From Abditibacteriaceae bacterium (GTDB lineage Bacteria > Armatimonadota > Abditibacteriia > Abditibacteriales > Abditibacteriaceae): 64,000 nt of DNA. The stretch spans positions 1,600,001 to 1,664,000 of the forward strand of contig OZ255721.1 of assembly GCA_965277285.1 (NCBI GenBank), given 5' to 3'. Positions 30,805 to 40,961 of this stretch are shown one piece after another. The notes below the pieces were generated by a model. It made no database searches and had not been told where the DNA came from. It saw nothing but the letters and a program-made list of their open reading frames with translations. Numbering within the stretch: position 1 is the first letter of the stretch; every line of letters starts with the position of its first letter. Position numbers and translations under genes: made by a program.

Positions 30805-32262
30805 ATGGCAGATGTAAAATCGGTTATCGCGATGGCTGAAGAAGCCGGGGCGCAGTTTATTGACTTGAAGTTCACCGGACTTTTGGGTGATATGCAGCAC
30901 TTGACTTATCCGGTCGAGGCGCAGCTCAACGAAGACTTTTTCAACACCGGCGTGATGTTCGATGGTTCGAGCATCCGTGGTTTCCAGACCATCGACAAGT
31001 CGGATATGTTGCTGTTGCCCGATGCGTCCACCGCTTTCATGGATCCGGCTTACGATACGCCGACGCTCAGCGTTTTCGCGTCCATTCTCGATCCCATCAC
31101 GCGCGAAGCGTATTCCCGCGATCCGCGCGGCGTCGTCGCCAAAGCCGTTTCGTATATGCAAAGCACTGGCATCGCCGATACCGCGTTTTTTGGCCCGGAA
31201 GCTGAATTCTTCTTGTTCAATGGCGTGAGTTTTGGCGGTCACAAAGTCGCTGGCGGCATTGACGGCCATTATTCGCACTACAAAGTCGAAAGCGTCGAAG
31301 GCGATTGGCACAACGGCGCGCCAGTTTACGACGAAAATACCGGCGAATACAACTCCGGTCGTCGTCCTCGCAACAAAGGCGGCTACGTTCCGGTTCCGCC
31401 AACTGACAGCTTGACCGAAGTGCGCAACGAAATCGTGCGCACTTTGCAAGAAGCCGGAATCAAGGTTGACGTTCATCACCACGAAGTCGCGTCCGGCGGA
31501 CAATGCGAAATCGGCATCACGCTGAACACACTGGAAAAAATGTGCGACACCATGATGGTTCACAAATACATCGTGAAAAACGTCGCGGCGCGCAACGGCA
31601 TGACGGCGACGTTTATGCCCAAGCCAATTTTCGGCGACAATGGCACGGGAATGCACTGTCACCAATCGTTGTGGAAAGACGGCAACACCTTGATGTATGA
31701 CGAAAATGGCTACGCGCAATTGTCCGATCTGGCGCGCTGGTACATCGGCGGCATCTTGAAGCACGCGCCCGCCCTGCTCGCTTTCACCAACGCTTCGACC
31801 AACTCGTATCATCGCCTGGTTCCCGGCTACGAAGCGCCGATTTATCTGCTTTATTCGCAGGGCAATCGTTCGGCTGCGGTGCGTATTCCGTTGACCGGCA
31901 ACAAGGCCAAAGCCAAGCGCATCGAGTTCCGCACGCCGGATGTAACGGGCAACATTTACCTCAGTTTGGCCGCGCAGTTGATGGCTGGTTTGGACGGCGT
32001 AAGGAATAAAATCGAGCCGCCAGAGCCGTTCGACAAAGACTTGTATGAACTGGAGCCGGAAGAAAAGCACGGTTTGCCGACAGTTCCGGGCAGTTTGGAA
32101 GCGGTTTTGGACGCGCTCGAAGCCGACCACGATTTCCTGCTGCAAGGCAACGTTTTCACGCCCGACTTGATCGAAATGTATGTCGGCCTCAAGCGCGCCG
32201 ATGTCGATGCGCTGCGCCTGCGCCCGCATCCGTATGAGTTCTCGCTGTATTTCGACGTGTAA
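30805..32262 (+). CDS. glnA: Glutamine synthetase type I (GSI-beta)
   Basis: FDGSSIRGF, GPEAEFF, HHHEVA, TFMPKP, GMHCHQSLW, RLVPGYEAP, NRSAAVRIP, adenylylation-site motif DKDLYEL. Confidence 0.97.
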   Translation: MADVKSVIAMAEEAGAQFIDLKFTGLLGDMQHLTYPVEAQLNEDFFNTGVMFDGSSIRGFQTIDKSDMLLLPDASTAFMDPAYDTPTLSVFASILDPITREAYSRDPRGVVAKAVSYMQSTGIADTAFFGPEAEFFLFNGVSFGGHKVAGGIDGHYSHYKVESVEGDWHNGAPVYDENTGEYNSGRRPRNKGGYVPVPPTDSLTEVRNEIVRTLQEAGIKVDVHHHEVASGGQCEIGITLNTLEKMCDTMMVHKYIVKNVAARNGMTATFMPKPIFGDNGTGMHCHQSLWKDGNTLMYDENGYAQLSDLARWYIGGILKHAPALLAFTNASTNSYHRLVPGYEAPIYLLYSQGNRSAAVRIPLTGNKAKAKRIEFRTPDVTGNIYLSLAAQLMAGLDGVRNKIEPPEPFDKDLYELEPEEKHGLPTVPGSLEAVLDALEADHDFLLQGNVFTPDLIEMYVGLKRADVDALRLRPHPYEFSLYFDV

Positions 32263-32286
32263 ACCATTATCGAGTACTCGATATTC

Positions 32287-32322
32287 AAGCGGCGGCAACG
32301 GGAAACTGTTGCCGCCGCTTTT
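32287..32322 (+). terminator. Intrinsic terminator after glnA
   Basis: aagcggcggcaac-gggaaact-gttgccgccgctttt. Confidence 0.8.
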
Positions 32323-32358
32323 GCTTTAATACGTTTTCTACGATTTACAGGATAAGAA

Positions 32359-32640
32359 ATGAATGACTTAAAGCAGCGTATCTTCGATAATCCTTTCTGC
32401 AATGAAGTGAGGGACGGAGAAATACCAAACAGTCAAAAGTTTGATGACCTTTGCCAAGCACTTGTCGAGCTGGCTGCACAATGGAAATTAAAAACCATGA
32501 TTGATAAAGATCTTGTAGCCGACCTCTTTTCCCAATACGCGGTAATTTACGGTAATCTGCTGTCCTATAACGATGCGACGCAACAAGAAAGAGAAATGGT
32601 TTTCAAATTAGAGAGTTTAATTTGTGATTGCCTTAGATGA
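32359..32640 (+). CDS. Small AT-rich helical hypothetical protein (immunity-protein-like)
   Basis: RBS aggat; 93 aa; pattern FDDLCQALVELAAQW...IDKDLV; composition differs from neighbours. Confidence 0.6.
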   Translation: MNDLKQRIFDNPFCNEVRDGEIPNSQKFDDLCQALVELAAQWKLKTMIDKDLVADLFSQYAVIYGNLLSYNDATQQEREMVFKLESLICDCLR

Positions 32641-32758
32641 AACTCTATTTGTGGGCACGTTGTGCAAAATCGAGTACTCGATAAAAGAAAATGGAAAGCG
32701 TTCGTCATATTTTCAGGTGGCTGTCGTTGAACGAAAGGGTTTTTGAAAAAGGACGAAA

Positions 32759-33454
32759 ATGAAACGCTTTTTGATATTGACGACAATTTTGATTTTGGGC
32801 GCGACGCTTTCCGCACACGGGACAACCAAAGGTTTGAACCAGATCGTGACGCCGGACGTGCAACCGGAAGGTTTACTGTCGTTGAGCGTACAGCAAGTAC
32901 ATCCGCAAATTGACAATCCAACGCAGTTTCAGGTCGAATATGGTTTGACCAAGCGTTTCGAGTTGTCTTATTCGCACGGTTTTTCGCCCTCGCAAGACAG
33001 ACTGGGCGCCGAATACGCGCTAATTCAGAAAAATCCGTATTTGTTATCGGTCGGTTTCCTGAACTTTCAGCGCCATAGTGCGGCGCAGCCATTTATTGAA
33101 AGCGGTTATTACAAAGGCAAAGAGCAATTCAGCGCGGGCGTGGTGCGAGTTTCAGGTCACATTGAACCGATCTTCGGTTATCTGCACACCTTCAATAACT
33201 TCGTGCAATTTTCCGCCGACTATCAACAAGGGCAGGATAATTTCTCAACTGTTGGCTTGACCTTCAATCTGACCAAAAGCCTGGTTTTCAATCCGGCCAT
33301 TTACTTGACTAATTCGACGCCGCGCCACACTTACGGCTACGCGGTCTTGACTTATAACTTCGACCTCAAGCCCAAGCGCAATGCGTCGCCCGATCAGCCC
33401 AATGGTTCGGGAACCGCCAATCAACCAGCTTCGACACCGCCATCACAGAAATAA
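32759..33454 (+). CDS. Exported protein, probable small outer-membrane beta-barrel
   Basis: Signal peptide; aromatic alternating strands (FQVEYGL, VGLTFNL, YAVLTYNF). Confidence 0.7.
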   Translation: MKRFLILTTILILGATLSAHGTTKGLNQIVTPDVQPEGLLSLSVQQVHPQIDNPTQFQVEYGLTKRFELSYSHGFSPSQDRLGAEYALIQKNPYLLSVGFLNFQRHSAAQPFIESGYYKGKEQFSAGVVRVSGHIEPIFGYLHTFNNFVQFSADYQQGQDNFSTVGLTFNLTKSLVFNPAIYLTNSTPRHTYGYAVLTYNFDLKPKRNASPDQPNGSGTANQPASTPPSQK

Positions 33455-33949
33455 CGTGCACGCCAGCAACTGAATTACGGATGGAAGCTGCAATCCGCCA
33501 AGTTCGCCTGCATAAACTAAAACCGTTATCAAGCAGAAAAATTGCCCTCGCCAAAGGAAAACTTTTACAAACCCTGCACGTCCACATGCGGTTTGTTGAA
33601 TTTCGTCGCTACATGAATCTTTAAACTATTTGCGAAAAAGACTGAGACAGCATGTCCGGTGCAAGAAACGGACGTGTGGTTCTCCACTTTTGTGCAACTT
33701 TCAAATCCGCGTAGACCAACTTGTCGTGCAACGTGCCTCGGCCAAAGAGCACCCATGACGCAAATTCATATGCTCGCTTTCACTATCGTTTCTTGGCGCC
33801 TTGCAATTTAATTTCCATTTTCAGAAGTGATTTGATAGGTCATAATTAAGAGACTGCTTCGGCAACTTCGATGCATCATCCTTTTTCACTTCGCCCGTTG
33901 CCAAACCGCCCTTGCCAACTTGCGCTTTACCACATGGATTAAGTCGCCT

Positions 33950-35521
33950 ATGCTGAAATCACGCCGCTCTCTTTATTCGCTACAAACGTTCGGCTTCGAT
34001 CTGGCGGCGCTTCTTGTCGCCTTTATGGCGGCATGGGCGCTGCGCGATTCGCTGGGTCATCTTCTGCTCAACGTCGGCGACCTGCTGGGCTATCCCATGC
34101 ACTCTTTGGTGCGCAAACCCAAAAGCTTGCCGCCGGTTTACCAGGTTCTGCTTTCCACCAATCCTCTCGTCGGTTTCCGCAATTATTTTTGGTTGTTCCT
34201 CATCGCCGTGCCGCCATGGATTTTTTTTCTTAACGCGCAACATGGCTACGATTTTCAAGCTAAGCGCAATTCGCGTCAGCAGTTCGCCATTTGCGCTTAT
34301 GCGGGGATGTTGGGAACAGTCGCGCTGGTAGTTTTGCTGTATTTGATGGGCTTTAAGGTCAGCCGCATTTTGCTGCTCAACTGGATGCTGCTTGGCATCG
34401 GTTTTTTGTGGCTGTCGCGCGCTTTCCTGATGCCGATGTTTGGACGCAATCGGCGCGGCGTTTTACGCAATCTCGTGGTGATCGGCAACCGCCAGGCCGC
34501 GGAACGATTCGCTTATATTTTGGAATTGCCGGCTTATCGCGGTGCGCGATTGCTGGGTTACATTTCCGATGAGGACGCGCCTGCGACTTCGACATCGAGT
34601 ACTGGAAATGCTGGCAAGAAGACTTACACTTTTCGCTGGCTGGGCACTTTGAGCAATTTGGCGAATGTGCTCGATCAGCAAATTGTGGACGAAGTGATTT
34701 TAGTGCGTTCGCAAACCGACGCCACGGGCAGCGCTTCATCGTGGGGCAACACGCTCGAATTGTGTTTGCAGCGTGGACGAACGGTGAGTTTGGTGGACGA
34801 CATGATTCCGCCAGTCGGCGCCAAAGTCGAAGCGACGACGATGGGATCAATGCCGACGTTGGTGATGCACAACACGCCGCAAAACACGCTGGGATTGGCG
34901 ATCAAAGCCTTGATGGATCGCGCGCTTGCCTTGATTGCTTTGACGCTCTTAGCGATTCCTTTCGCAATTATTTCGGTTCTTGTGAAGTTGCACGACGGCG
35001 GGCCAGTATTTTTCTGGCAAGATCGCGTGGGATTGAATGGGCGCGTTTTCAAGTTTTATAAGTTTCGTTCGATGGCCGTCAACGCCCAGGAATTACTCGA
35101 AAAAATGAAGCGCGAAGAGCCGGAAAAATATCGCGCGATCAATATCATGGAAGAGCCGTTTTTCAAGGCCAAAGACGGCGACGACCCGCGCATTACGCCA
35201 GTCGGACGCTTCATACGCAAGTATTCGCTGGATGAACTACCACAGTTCTGGAACGTGTTGCGCGGCGATATGAGTTTGGTCGGGCCGCGTCCGCCGTTGC
35301 CCAAGGAAGTCGCGGAACTCGAGCCATGGCAGCGGCGCAAGCTCAGCGTGAAAGGCGGCCTGACGTGTTTGTGGCAGGTCAGCGGACGCAACGATATTAC
35401 CGAAGTTGACGAATGGATGCGTTTGGACTTAGAATACATCGACAACTGGAGTTTGTGGCTCGATGTCAAACTCTTGTTCAAAACCGTGCAAGTGCTGATC
35501 AAACCCAAAGGCGCCAGTTAA
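33950..35521 (+). CDS. Priming sugar transferase (WcaJ/EpsL-type polyprenyl-phosphate glycosylphosphotransferase)
   Basis: N-terminal TMs; [61 protein letters not shown]. Confidence 0.93.
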   Translation: MLKSRRSLYSLQTFGFDLAALLVAFMAAWALRDSLGHLLLNVGDLLGYPMHSLVRKPKSLPPVYQVLLSTNPLVGFRNYFWLFLIAVPPWIFFLNAQHGYDFQAKRNSRQQFAICAYAGMLGTVALVVLLYLMGFKVSRILLLNWMLLGIGFLWLSRAFLMPMFGRNRRGVLRNLVVIGNRQAAERFAYILELPAYRGARLLGYISDEDAPATSTSSTGNAGKKTYTFRWLGTLSNLANVLDQQIVDEVILVRSQTDATGSASSWGNTLELCLQRGRTVSLVDDMIPPVGAKVEATTMGSMPTLVMHNTPQNTLGLAIKALMDRALALIALTLLAIPFAIISVLVKLHDGGPVFFWQDRVGLNGRVFKFYKFRSMAVNAQELLEKMKREEPEKYRAINIMEEPFFKAKDGDDPRITPVGRFIRKYSLDELPQFWNVLRGDMSLVGPRPPLPKEVAELEPWQRRKLSVKGGLTCLWQVSGRNDITEVDEWMRLDLEYIDNWSLWLDVKLLFKTVQVLIKPKGAS

Positions 35522-35539
35522 AGTGCGCTTTCTCCTCCC

Positions 35540-37720
35540 ATGAAACAACTGCCATTTTTCTTCGTTCCTCTTGCAGTTTGTTCGATGTCTGCCCTCGCGC
35601 GCGCCGACATGGGTGGCGCCAGCGGCTGGGGTCTGGGCGCCAGCGGAGCGAATTCCACCGGACAAAGCGCCAATGGCTATTCCGTGTACTCGATGCACGA
35701 TTACGCTCTGCTTTCGCCGTGGCGCGATAACGCGGCATGGAATCAGCCGCAGGGCACGCAAAACACAATTTCGCGCCACGATTTCACGCAGGCTTTGACG
35801 CAACAAATTCCAGTACTCGGAATGATCAGCGGCTGGCGCAATACATTTCGTGGCGAAGGTGCTACAGCGCGCCGTGAATGGAAGTTCGGCGGCGACGGCA
35901 AAGACGCGACGGTTCTTTCGATGGGCACGCAAGCCTTGCCGCAATATCAATTTTTGGGCTTGAGCGGCAACGCGACCGGAATGGGTTTAAGCGTGGGACG
36001 CTTTAGTTTCGGCTCGACCGTAATGAGCGCGATGATGCAAAAGTTCGCGGATTCCTACGATAGCGCAACCGATGGCAAAGCCGCACCTAAAACGCGCGAT
36101 GCTTCGACTTATACGTGGATGACGGCGCAGGCGATGAACAACGCGCATGGACAGCTCGATTTGGTGATGATGCGCGTCAACCGCGATACGACGCCCGGGC
36201 AAGCCGAAAACAAGAAGATGATCGACGGCACTTCGATGGGAATGCGCGCCGATTTGAAGTTGTGGGCCGACTGGAAAATGCGCGGCGAGTGGATGAACAA
36301 TCGCCGTCAAAACGGAGACGCTGCCAATGCCTGGCACCTGGAAATGGGCGGGCCGTTCCGCAATCCTCTGGGCATCACGCAGGTGAACTTTTGGATGGAC
36401 GCGCGCCAGCCGGGTTTTGCCGCCATGAACGATATGAGGCCGAGCACGGGTTATTCCAACATGAAGATGGTGATGCAGCAAAATATCACGATGGGCAAGA
36501 TGCAGACGGCCTTGCAATGGACGGGCACAAAAAACGAGAACTTGGCCTTGAAAATTTCCAATGGCAACGAGCACGATTCCGATTCGAGCGAAGCTAAAGC
36601 CGATATGAGCTGGAAACTGTCGCCGATTTTGATGATTTCCGCTAATTACTACGACTTCAACAGCCACAAGAATACCATCAGCGGCCAAGACTTGAACGAC
36701 AATTCGACGAGCAACGAAACCGCCAAAGCGAACCTCAACTGGCAGGTTTCTTCCTCGCTTTCGACAACCCTCAACGTGTTGACGCAAAACAGCGAGCAAA
36801 GCACGACTAATGGCAATGTCGTGTACTCGAATCAAACCAATCACCAGGAATCGAGCGCCAACGTGAATTGGAAAGTGTCGCCCGAATTAACGGCGAGCGG
36901 CAGCGTTTCCACCGTCAACAACGACGTCAAAGCCATCAACGGCACCACATCCAATCTCGATAATCTCAACAGTCAGGACGCGCGCGCCAATTTTAACTGG
37001 AAATTGACGCCCGCGATTTCTGCGGTGGCGAACGTTGCCACAACGAATAGCGTGCGCGATACGGGCAGCCTGCCGGACGCGTTGAACGCAGCGGTGACGC
37101 GCCGCCAAGAAGTCGGCGGCGGCGTGCAATGGCAATTGTCGAGCGCTCTGGCGCTTTCGGCGACGACTTCGCAAGTGCGTACATACGTTGATCTGGTAAA
37201 TGCTAATTCTGAGCTTGCCCAACCTTCTTCGCGCCAGAACGATCAACAACTTTCGTTGGGCTTGACACATCGCACCAAAGCCGGAAGTTGGAACGTTCAA
37301 GTGACGCAACACGATTTGAATGATCCCGCAGTCAACAATCTGGCGACACAAGGCCAGACGATCAGTTTGCAAACCGAACGTCAGATTCTGCCGAACCTGC
37401 GTGTCAAAGGCACCTGGAACATGGCGAGCGATGCCGATCTGGCGAACCGCCTGGCGAACGAGCGCGCCGCACGCAGCATCGAAGCGCAATGGGGCTTGAC
37501 TTCGCGCAGCAATCTCAGCATCAACTACAGCGATTGGAACAACCTGCAAAGCCGTCCCAACTTTGCGACCTCGCTGGGCAGCAATCAGCTCGGACTGCGT
37601 TTCAATTGGGGTAGCGCCGTCAAAGGCAACGGCTTGGGACTCGCCGTCGAGTACTCGAGACAGGACACCACCGACCCCAATCAACGCCAACGCTACAAAG
37701 TCGGCCTGACTTATAAATAA
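35540..37720 (+). CDS. Large exported repetitive beta-strand protein, probable outer-membrane barrel
   Basis: Signal peptide; repeats of A(N/D)x(N/S)W(K/Q)(L/V)(S/T)PxLxxS; C-terminal YKVGLTYK. Confidence 0.75.
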   Translation: MKQLPFFFVPLAVCSMSALARADMGGASGWGLGASGANSTGQSANGYSVYSMHDYALLSPWRDNAAWNQPQGTQNTISRHDFTQALTQQIPVLGMISGWRNTFRGEGATARREWKFGGDGKDATVLSMGTQALPQYQFLGLSGNATGMGLSVGRFSFGSTVMSAMMQKFADSYDSATDGKAAPKTRDASTYTWMTAQAMNNAHGQLDLVMMRVNRDTTPGQAENKKMIDGTSMGMRADLKLWADWKMRGEWMNNRRQNGDAANAWHLEMGGPFRNPLGITQVNFWMDARQPGFAAMNDMRPSTGYSNMKMVMQQNITMGKMQTALQWTGTKNENLALKISNGNEHDSDSSEAKADMSWKLSPILMISANYYDFNSHKNTISGQDLNDNSTSNETAKANLNWQVSSSLSTTLNVLTQNSEQSTTNGNVVYSNQTNHQESSANVNWKVSPELTASGSVSTVNNDVKAINGTTSNLDNLNSQDARANFNWKLTPAISAVANVATTNSVRDTGSLPDALNAAVTRRQEVGGGVQWQLSSALALSATTSQVRTYVDLVNANSELAQPSSRQNDQQLSLGLTHRTKAGSWNVQVTQHDLNDPAVNNLATQGQTISLQTERQILPNLRVKGTWNMASDADLANRLANERAARSIEAQWGLTSRSNLSINYSDWNNLQSRPNFATSLGSNQLGLRFNWGSAVKGNGLGLAVEYSRQDTTDPNQRQRYKVGLTYK

Positions 37721-37747
37721 CCACTATCGAGTACTCGATTGAGAAAC

Positions 37748-37780
37748 AAAAAAGGAACATCAACTTCGATGTTCCTTTTT
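37748..37780. terminator. Bidirectional intrinsic terminator
   Basis: aaaaaaggaacatc-aacttc-gatgttccttttt between convergent genes. Confidence 0.75.
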
Positions 37781-37819
37781 GCTGCTTCGGCAAACCTAAA
37801 GTGTTGGTGCCACCAGAAA

Positions 37820-38357
37820 TCACGCCCATTCCCAGTTCGAGTTCAAAGGCGCGCCGCCCTTTTCAATGGCATCTTCCAAAATCTCGCCGCCGTATTCTCG
37901 ATAGAATGAAAAGAGTGACATTTCCTCGTCTTCAGGGCTGAACCTGTACGATCTTACATACGTAACCAATGGAGCGGGTTGCAATTGCCCTGCGAGTGAA
38001 CTCGCGGCTGGGCCTCCCGCGGAGGACAAAGTCAGCCTGCGCCGACTACAAATCGGAAGTGTTTAGTCGGCGAAGGCCGACTTTGTCGCGTGAAACGGGC
38101 CCAGCCGCGAGTTCACTCGCAGGCACATGGGAGACTGGCACCACTGGTTACGTACGGTCAGGTTTCACGTAAACAACGTTTTCTACAGACGATAAAACAG
38201 CTTCCACATAATCACTGGGAAGCTGGAATTCAAGTTTGTTCCGATCGTGGCAATTGACAATTTCATCGAACCTTTTATACCATTCACCAAAATTTTGCCA
38301 TTCTTCTTTCTGGCGAGCCACCTCAAGCAAGCGTCGGTTATTAGAAACCCAACGCAT
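37820..38357 (-). pseudogene. 115-aa hypothetical gene split by a 184-bp REPIN/MITE
   Basis: Removing 37965-38148 plus one TACGTA copy joins ...VYVKPDRT to YVRSYRFSPED... in frame. Confidence 0.75.
37965..38148. mobile_element. REPIN/MITE family E with flanking TACGTA duplication
   Basis: Ends accaatgg/ccactggt; REP arms cctgcgagtgaactcgcggctgggcc / ggcccagccgcgagttcactcgcagg; TACGTA at 37959-37964 and 38149-38154. Confidence 0.8.
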
Positions 38358-38524
38358 TGTAGAATCTAACTACCAAAATTTTATAAAGCCTCAAACGGTT
38401 GAAGTTTGGTTCTCAACCCTCTTTTCTATCGCTCGCGCTGGTGCTTCGGATTCGCCGCGGCAACTCAATCGTTGCGCGGCATGAATGCAAATGTCGCTGT
38501 TCGCGGCCATTCAAGAAGTGCTTG

Positions 38525-39667
38525 TTACGTCTGGTTATCTGTCATTAGGTGGCGATAAATGTCGGCCATGTTTTCGGCCACGCGGCGCCATGTATAAAGC
38601 GCTTCGACCTGGCGTCTGCCCGCTTTACCCATTTCGTGGCGACGCTCGGGATCGTTGCGCAAAGTTTCAATGGCTTGCGCCAGGGCGCGCGAATCGCGTT
38701 CGGGAACGACCAGACCACCTTCGCCGACGACATCGGGAATGGCGCCCGAAGCGGAGCCGATAACGGGAACTTCGCAGGCGTTCGCTTCAATGATGACGCG
38801 CCCAAACTGTTCTTTCCAGCGCGGCGTCGTGCGCGAAGGCAAGACGAAAACATCCATTGCGTTCATCAAAACTGGCAATTCCGCGAGCGCGACCGAACCT
38901 GTAAAACACAATCGAGTACTCAATCCCAGTTCCTGCGCGCGCTTTTCCAATGCTTCCCGAAAATCGCCCGTGCCGATCAAAAGAAGGTTCACTTCGTCGG
39001 CGCAAAACGGCAGAGCTTCGAGCAAGTCCATCAAGCCTTTTTCTTCGATCAATCGACCGGCGTAACCTACGACAAAACCCGTTAAACCCGCTTTTTCGCG
39101 GCAATCGGTTTTGTCCATCGGATGAAAAAGTTCGGCATCGACAGCATTTGGGACGACGCGCGTTTCGCCCCCGAAACCTTTGGCGCGCAAAACTTCGACC
39201 GCTTCGTTGTTGCGCGCCACACAAAAATCGGCGCGTTTCAAGGTGTAAGAGCGAAACGCTTCAAAGGGCGGCGGCAGGGTTTTTAAAATGTTCTGCTCGG
39301 TTTCGCTGACGATTTTCGCGTGTGGAACAATGCGGTCGCGCAGCCAGCACGCATGCGCCGAAACCAGGCCCCACGGTTCTTCCCACAAGTCGATTACGTC
39401 CGGCTGGAACGAACGCAGCAAGCGCGCCAAACCCGGATACCAGTGCAAATACCATTGCCCTTTCCCCGACCAAGACCACAAAGTTTTGCCGACCACAAAG
39501 CGAAATGGCGCGTTTTGCGGCGGTTGCGCGTATTTCCAATCGCCATAAAGAAACCAACGATCCGGCGTCAAAACGCACAATTCCACACCAGGAATTTGCG
39601 CCAGTTGCCACGCTTTGGGTTGACCTTCAACGGTCTGGCACGTATGAGAAATAAGAAGAACGCGCAT
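38525..39667 (-). CDS. Glycosyltransferase family 4
   Basis: VVPNAVD, GYAGRLIEEKG, VFVLPS, EQFGRVIIEA, SGAIPDVV. Confidence 0.92.
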   Translation of the reverse strand: MRVLLISHTCQTVEGQPKAWQLAQIPGVELCVLTPDRWFLYGDWKYAQPPQNAPFRFVVGKTLWSWSGKGQWYLHWYPGLARLLRSFQPDVIDLWEEPWGLVSAHACWLRDRIVPHAKIVSETEQNILKTLPPPFEAFRSYTLKRADFCVARNNEAVEVLRAKGFGGETRVVPNAVDAELFHPMDKTDCREKAGLTGFVVGYAGRLIEEKGLMDLLEALPFCADEVNLLLIGTGDFREALEKRAQELGLSTRLCFTGSVALAELPVLMNAMDVFVLPSRTTPRWKEQFGRVIIEANACEVPVIGSASGAIPDVVGEGGLVVPERDSRALAQAIETLRNDPERRHEMGKAGRRQVEALYTWRRVAENMADIYRHLMTDNQT

Positions 39668-39821
39668 TGGAATATTTTAGGAAATCGAGTACTCGAAGTG
39701 TGCGACAACGATATAAATGCTGTGCAGTTTTTTCTGCTACCTTGCGCGCGTCCTTGTTTAATCCGCTTGGGAAAGGACAGTATCGTTTCGCGCAAAACTC
39801 GCTTTATTGGCAGTCTTAAGG

Positions 39822-40952
39822 CTACTTTCCGGCGAATGCCTGGCGATAAATGTCCGCTATTTCGCGCGCCATGCGTTGAACTGTAAAGCAATCTTCGTAA
39901 CGTTGGCGCGCTGCCTCGCCCAGACGATTGCGCAGTTCTTCATCGTCCAGCAAATGCGCAATCGCCTGCGCCAAATTATCAGGCGACGAGGGCGCGACCA
40001 AAACGCCGTTTTCGCCGTTGTCCACGATTTCGAGCGGCCCACCAGCGCACGTAGCGACAACCGCTTTCCCCAGCGACATCGCTTCGACCAAAGAGAGGCC
40101 AAACGGCTCATTGGGGCTGGGCAATACAAAAACATCCGCCGCGTTGACCAGCGAGGACACGTCCTTTTGAAAGCCGATCAGGCGGACATTTTCTTCCAGC
40201 TGTTCACGCTGTATTTGCTCTTGCAACTCGTCGCGTTGCGTTCCTTCGCCCGCGATCAGACACAAAACATCCGGCGCGTTGCGGCTCACAATCCCGATGG
40301 CCGCAATCAAAGTCTCGATGCCTTTTTCCGCTCCCAGGCGCGACGCGCAAATCACCATGGGACGCGCGCCAACATCAAACTTTTGGCGCACGGCTTGGGG
40401 CAAATCGAGTACTCGATGGCATCCATCGGGAACACCATTCAAGACGATCACAATTTTGTTGGCAGCAGCCTGACCGCGTTCCAGCATCGCGTTTCGCACA
40501 GCCTGAGAAATAGCGATAAACATGGTGACGCGATGGCTCACCCAGCGATGCGCCGCGCCGGAAAGCGCACCTTGGAGGCCGCTTTGTCCCGTATGATTGG
40601 GCGCCAGAAAATGCTGCGTCATCACCAATTGGCCGCGACGCGCCAAAGTCACCGCCAACGCTGCCGCCAGCGCCGTGCGACCATTGTGCGCATGAATAAT
40701 GTCGAGGCGACCCGATTTCAACAAGCGCCGCAGCAGGCGAACCGCGTTCCAGTCGATGAAACCGCGCTTGGGAATCGCAATGACATCAATGTCGGCGTTG
40801 CGGCAATGTTCCTCGAGCGGCGACGGCACCGGACACGCCACGCGCACGGCGATTTCGCCCGCAAAATCGGTGCACAACGACGAAGCCAGATCAAAAATAT
40901 GGCGCTCGGTACCCGCGAAAACATCGGCGTCGGTCAGCAATAAAACGTGCAT
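39822..40952 (-). CDS. Glycosyltransferase family 4
   Basis: AGTERH, VLNGV, SRLGAEKG, EPFGLSLVEAM, GGPLEIV. Confidence 0.92.
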   Translation of the reverse strand: MHVLLLTDADVFAGTERHIFDLASSLCTDFAGEIAVRVACPVPSPLEEHCRNADIDVIAIPKRGFIDWNAVRLLRRLLKSGRLDIIHAHNGRTALAAALAVTLARRGQLVMTQHFLAPNHTGQSGLQGALSGAAHRWVSHRVTMFIAISQAVRNAMLERGQAAANKIVIVLNGVPDGCHRVLDLPQAVRQKFDVGARPMVICASRLGAEKGIETLIAAIGIVSRNAPDVLCLIAGEGTQRDELQEQIQREQLEENVRLIGFQKDVSSLVNAADVFVLPSPNEPFGLSLVEAMSLGKAVVATCAGGPLEIVDNGENGVLVAPSSPDNLAQAIAHLLDDEELRNRLGEAARQRYEDCFTVQRMAREIADIYRQAFAGK

Positions 40953-40961
40953 AAAAGAAAA

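Noticed and set aside
30802..32298. 498-aa antisense ORF over glnA, and similar long shadow ORFs (5246-6379, 3705-4766, 39807-40943, 50965-51957)
   Set aside because: They mirror well-supported genes on the opposite strand and have no motifs, which is typical of GC-biased codon usage.
33455..33949. Long leader before the EPS genes as a riboswitch or ncRNA; three GTGCAA spaced 33-34 bp
   Set aside because: I recognised no known aptamer consensus and the hexamer spacing may be chance; needs an Rfam/Infernal search.
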